In this document: positions 61,245 through 64,000 of the stretch, piece by piece
Layout: every line of letters begins with the position of its first letter
Position numbering within the stretch: the first letter of the stretch is position 1
From: Ginglymostoma cirratum
Lineage: Eukaryota
Length of the DNA stretch: 64,000 bases
Assembly: GCA_024137785.1 (NCBI GenBank)
Contig: JAHRHZ010000031.1
Coordinates: forward strand, 3,829,725-3,893,724
Direction: 5' to 3'
Notes under the pieces: generated by a model
What the model was told of the DNA's origin: nothing
What the model saw: the letters and a program-made list of their open reading frames with translations, nothing else
The model's database searches: none
Translations under genes and position numbers: made by a program

Positions 61245-61716
61245 GATTCAGAGATAGTAGGAATTGCCGATGCTGGAGAANNNNNNNNNNNNNNNNNNNN
61301 NNNNNNNNNNNNNNNNNNNNNNNNNNNNNNNNNNNNNNNNNNNNNNNNNNNNNNNNNNNNNNNNNNNNNNNNNNNNNNNNNNNNNNNNNNNNNNNNNNNN
61401 NNNNNNNNNNNNNNNNNNNNNNNNNNNNNNNNNNNNNNNNNNNNNNNNNNNNNNNNNNNNNNNNNNNNNNNNNNNNNNNNNNNNNNNNNNNNNNNNNNNN
61501 NNNNNNNNNNNNNNNNNNNNNNNNNNNNNNNNNNNNNNNNNNNNNNNNNNNNNNNNNNNNNNNNNNNNNNNNNNNNNNNNNNNNNNNNNNNNNNNNNNNN
61601 NNNNNNNNNNNNNNNNNNNNNNNNNNNNNNNNNNNNNNNNNNNNNNNNNNNNNNNNNNNNNNNNNNNNNNNNNNNNNNNNCCTGCTGTGTTCATCCAGCT
61701 CTACACCTTGTTATCT
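61245..61716. mobile_element. Short Penelope-derived element spanning a 400-N gap, with 13-bp TSD
   Basis: Ends match the 38015-38174 element. GAGGCCAAAACAT is duplicated at 61232-61244 and 61717-61729. Confidence 0.75.
61281..61680. other. Assembly gap (400 N)
   Basis: Run of N. Confidence 1.
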
Positions 61717-63883
61717 GAGGCCAAAACATTATGTTTTTCAAGAAGAAATTAGATACAGCTCTTGTGGCTACAGAGATAAAGGGTATGGGGAGAGGGTGAG
61801 ATTAGAACTAGATGATCTGCCATGATCATATTGAATGACGGAGTAGACCTGAGGTGTTGAATGGCCTACTCCTGCTCCTATCTTCTATGTTCCTGCTGTC
61901 TTACATCCCCTCCCCTCCTTAGTCTGTTCCCGCTGGCTCACACATTCCCCAATCTGGTCTTACCCTCTCCCTTTCTTCAGGTTCTTTGTTCCTTTTTTGC
62001 CCTGCTGATGTACCAAGCTTTTTGTCAGTGATTGTTTTGTAATTAGCCTGAACTCTTCACTCTATAAATAGTCTAAATTCCACTGTGTTACACTGACACA
62101 AATCTTACTGTGTTGAAATCATTCTCTATGTAAATAAATCAATGAATCTAAAATATCCTAGCGCGTACAACATTTATTGTTCAGCCCCTTAACTTACTCG
62201 TATTCCCATTGTTCATAATTACCCTGTCTCACTTCACTTAAGGCACTTACTTAGTGTCATTTTGACTTGATCCCTTCAGTCCATCACTCTGTACCATTTC
62301 TATATTGTCTGAGCTACCTTTCAGCCTCACTGTCCATGAGCTACTGATCTGTCCCACTCACAGTTTCTCTAAGTTGTAGCTATGCCTAAAGGGGTTTTCC
62401 TTCTCTACAACTTGACATGGACCCCTGCCTCTTCGTTCTCTACGTTCTTATTCTTCCTCTCCTCTCATGTGGTCCTCCTACACTGACCAGAAAAAGATTC
62501 CTTCCAGATAATACATGGAGGCCAATTTTGCAATTGCAATAAAAATGTCCCTGAGGTCAATTATGCTAACCCTGTCAAATTTTTCTTGAGGCAGTTGGCA
62601 GAATCAAAAATTGTGCATTTGTTACCTATTTAATTTGAATACCTTTGTTTATTGTTAATAACTGTATTGGGCATGGACAAGGAAAGCTATTTGATTTGGC
62701 TAGATTAAAGGTCATGCAATGTAACCATCACGAGTACATTCAATTGATGTGGAAAACTTCATTTGTCAGGCGTCTCATGCTGGTGCACATTGATTCAATA
62801 TGGAAAAATTAGCTAAACTAAACAGATTTAATAAGACCTCTGCACATATTTCATGTGCTTATGACAGTAAGTGAGTGGGAATTTTAACTTACACCTCCCA
62901 GCTGACTCTACACATCTATACAGCATCAGAAAGCAGACCATTACGTGCAGTTTTTACTGATCCATTTAAGGAACAGCCTTTTAACAGATGGACGGCAAAA
63001 ACTTTTATTTCTAAATCAAAATTATATTGTCCAATAAGTTGACACAAACTGTACTTAAAATGGCCAGGCACATTCAGAGAAATGACATTGAGTTGCTGTG
63101 TGAATATGCAGCTCATTTTGGACCAGTCATAGCATTTTTGTTGGAGTTCTTCAGTCAATGAAATTTCTCCAGGTGAATGTGAGCCCATGGGTTTGGCATC
63201 GAATAGTTGTCCCTGCTGCAGGGAAATACAATTAGTTAATGTGAAGTTCGTGTACCATGGGCCTATAAAATACAATTTGTATTACATTTCTCAGCTTTAA
63301 TGTACCTCAATATCAAATTACCTCCTGCTCCCTGAGTTATACTGCCACGTCTCATGTTGTTGATGTGCAGCTCAAGTTGATTAACGTTGGTGTTAAAATG
63401 TTAGTATAATGGCAGATTGGATAAGCATTTTGTAAGTTGGAAGCATTTAATCTTTGCTGTCCTGATGCCATATGGAAGAATTAAACCATCAAAACGATTG
63501 CATGTGCAAGATCTATCAGCATTCACTAACGGCTGTTCCATGTTTTATGTGTGAAAAGTAAAATGAGATCTGGCTGCCAATTTTTTAATTAATGGATCAT
63601 GTATGCCAAATGCTGGGTCCTTTTATGTTTTGAGAGACTGACTGATTTGAGCTGTATGGTGTTGTGGTGAATTGTTTTATGTTTGATTCTCTGAGTGTTT
63701 ACTGCTGGTGATCATTGTCCTTGATTTGTGAGGTCTACGTATATACTCAATGAAAAATATGTTAAACTGTGTCTTTCACCTCCAAAACCAATAACCAACA
63801 AAGCTGTGGCAACAGTTACAAGTTGATAATTTTCAAGAATGACAAGCGGCCCTGAGGAATCAACAATTTTGTTTGTTGTTCAT

Positions 63884-64000
63884 GATTATAGAATCCCTAC
63901 AGTGTGGAAAGAGGCCATTCAGCACAACAAGTCCACATTGACACTCTGACGAGCATCCTGCTCCAACTCACCCCCCTTAACCTATCCTATCTTGTAACCC
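63884..64000 (-). mobile_element. V-SINE (HE1-like) 3' tail, truncated by the window edge
   Basis: ATAGAATCCCTACAGTGTGGAAAGAGGCCATTCAGC matches the 52181 copy. Confidence 0.8.

Larger units (their letters stand above)
59790..61895 (+). mobile_element. CR1 LINE with a nested younger CR1 3' end (~60665-61070) and a Penelope-type insert
   Basis: ORFs 60476..60658 (GLTYEERLNWLGLYSLEFRR) and 60665..60868 (RLRSDLILVYKIMRGMDRV...RGNFF). The outer element resumes at ~61071 and ends CCTACTCCTGCTCCTATCTTCTATGTT. Confidence 0.9.

Overview
Vertebrate genomic DNA, almost certainly from a shark or other elasmobranch, judging by its HE1-type V-SINEs, CR1 LINEs and Penelope-derived repeats. The only supportable protein-coding gene is ARX (aristaless-related homeobox) on the minus strand. 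Five coding exons with canonical GT-AG junctions and matching phases (22835-22649, 21213-20655, 19732-19687, 18151-17820, 13825-13588) give a 1362-nt CDS and a 453-aa protein with octapeptide, Q50 paired-type homeodomain, a 12-Ala tract and an OAR domain. The gene lies in a ~21-kb CpG-retaining, LINE-poor domain (~7-28.4 kb) with several candidate conserved enhancers. The flanks are CpG-depleted and full of decayed CR1/L2/Rex1 LINEs, V-SINEs, putative Harbinger-type MITEs and low-complexity tracts, with two 400-N gaps. The least obvious signal is a dispersed set of short Penelope-type elements carrying minimal hammerhead-ribozyme motifs (CUGANGA...GAAAC), with inverted repeats and target-site duplications. 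One copy (36624-36659, minus) has an intact catalytic core. Family names, human comparisons and CpG density were judged by eye or from memory, not from searches.
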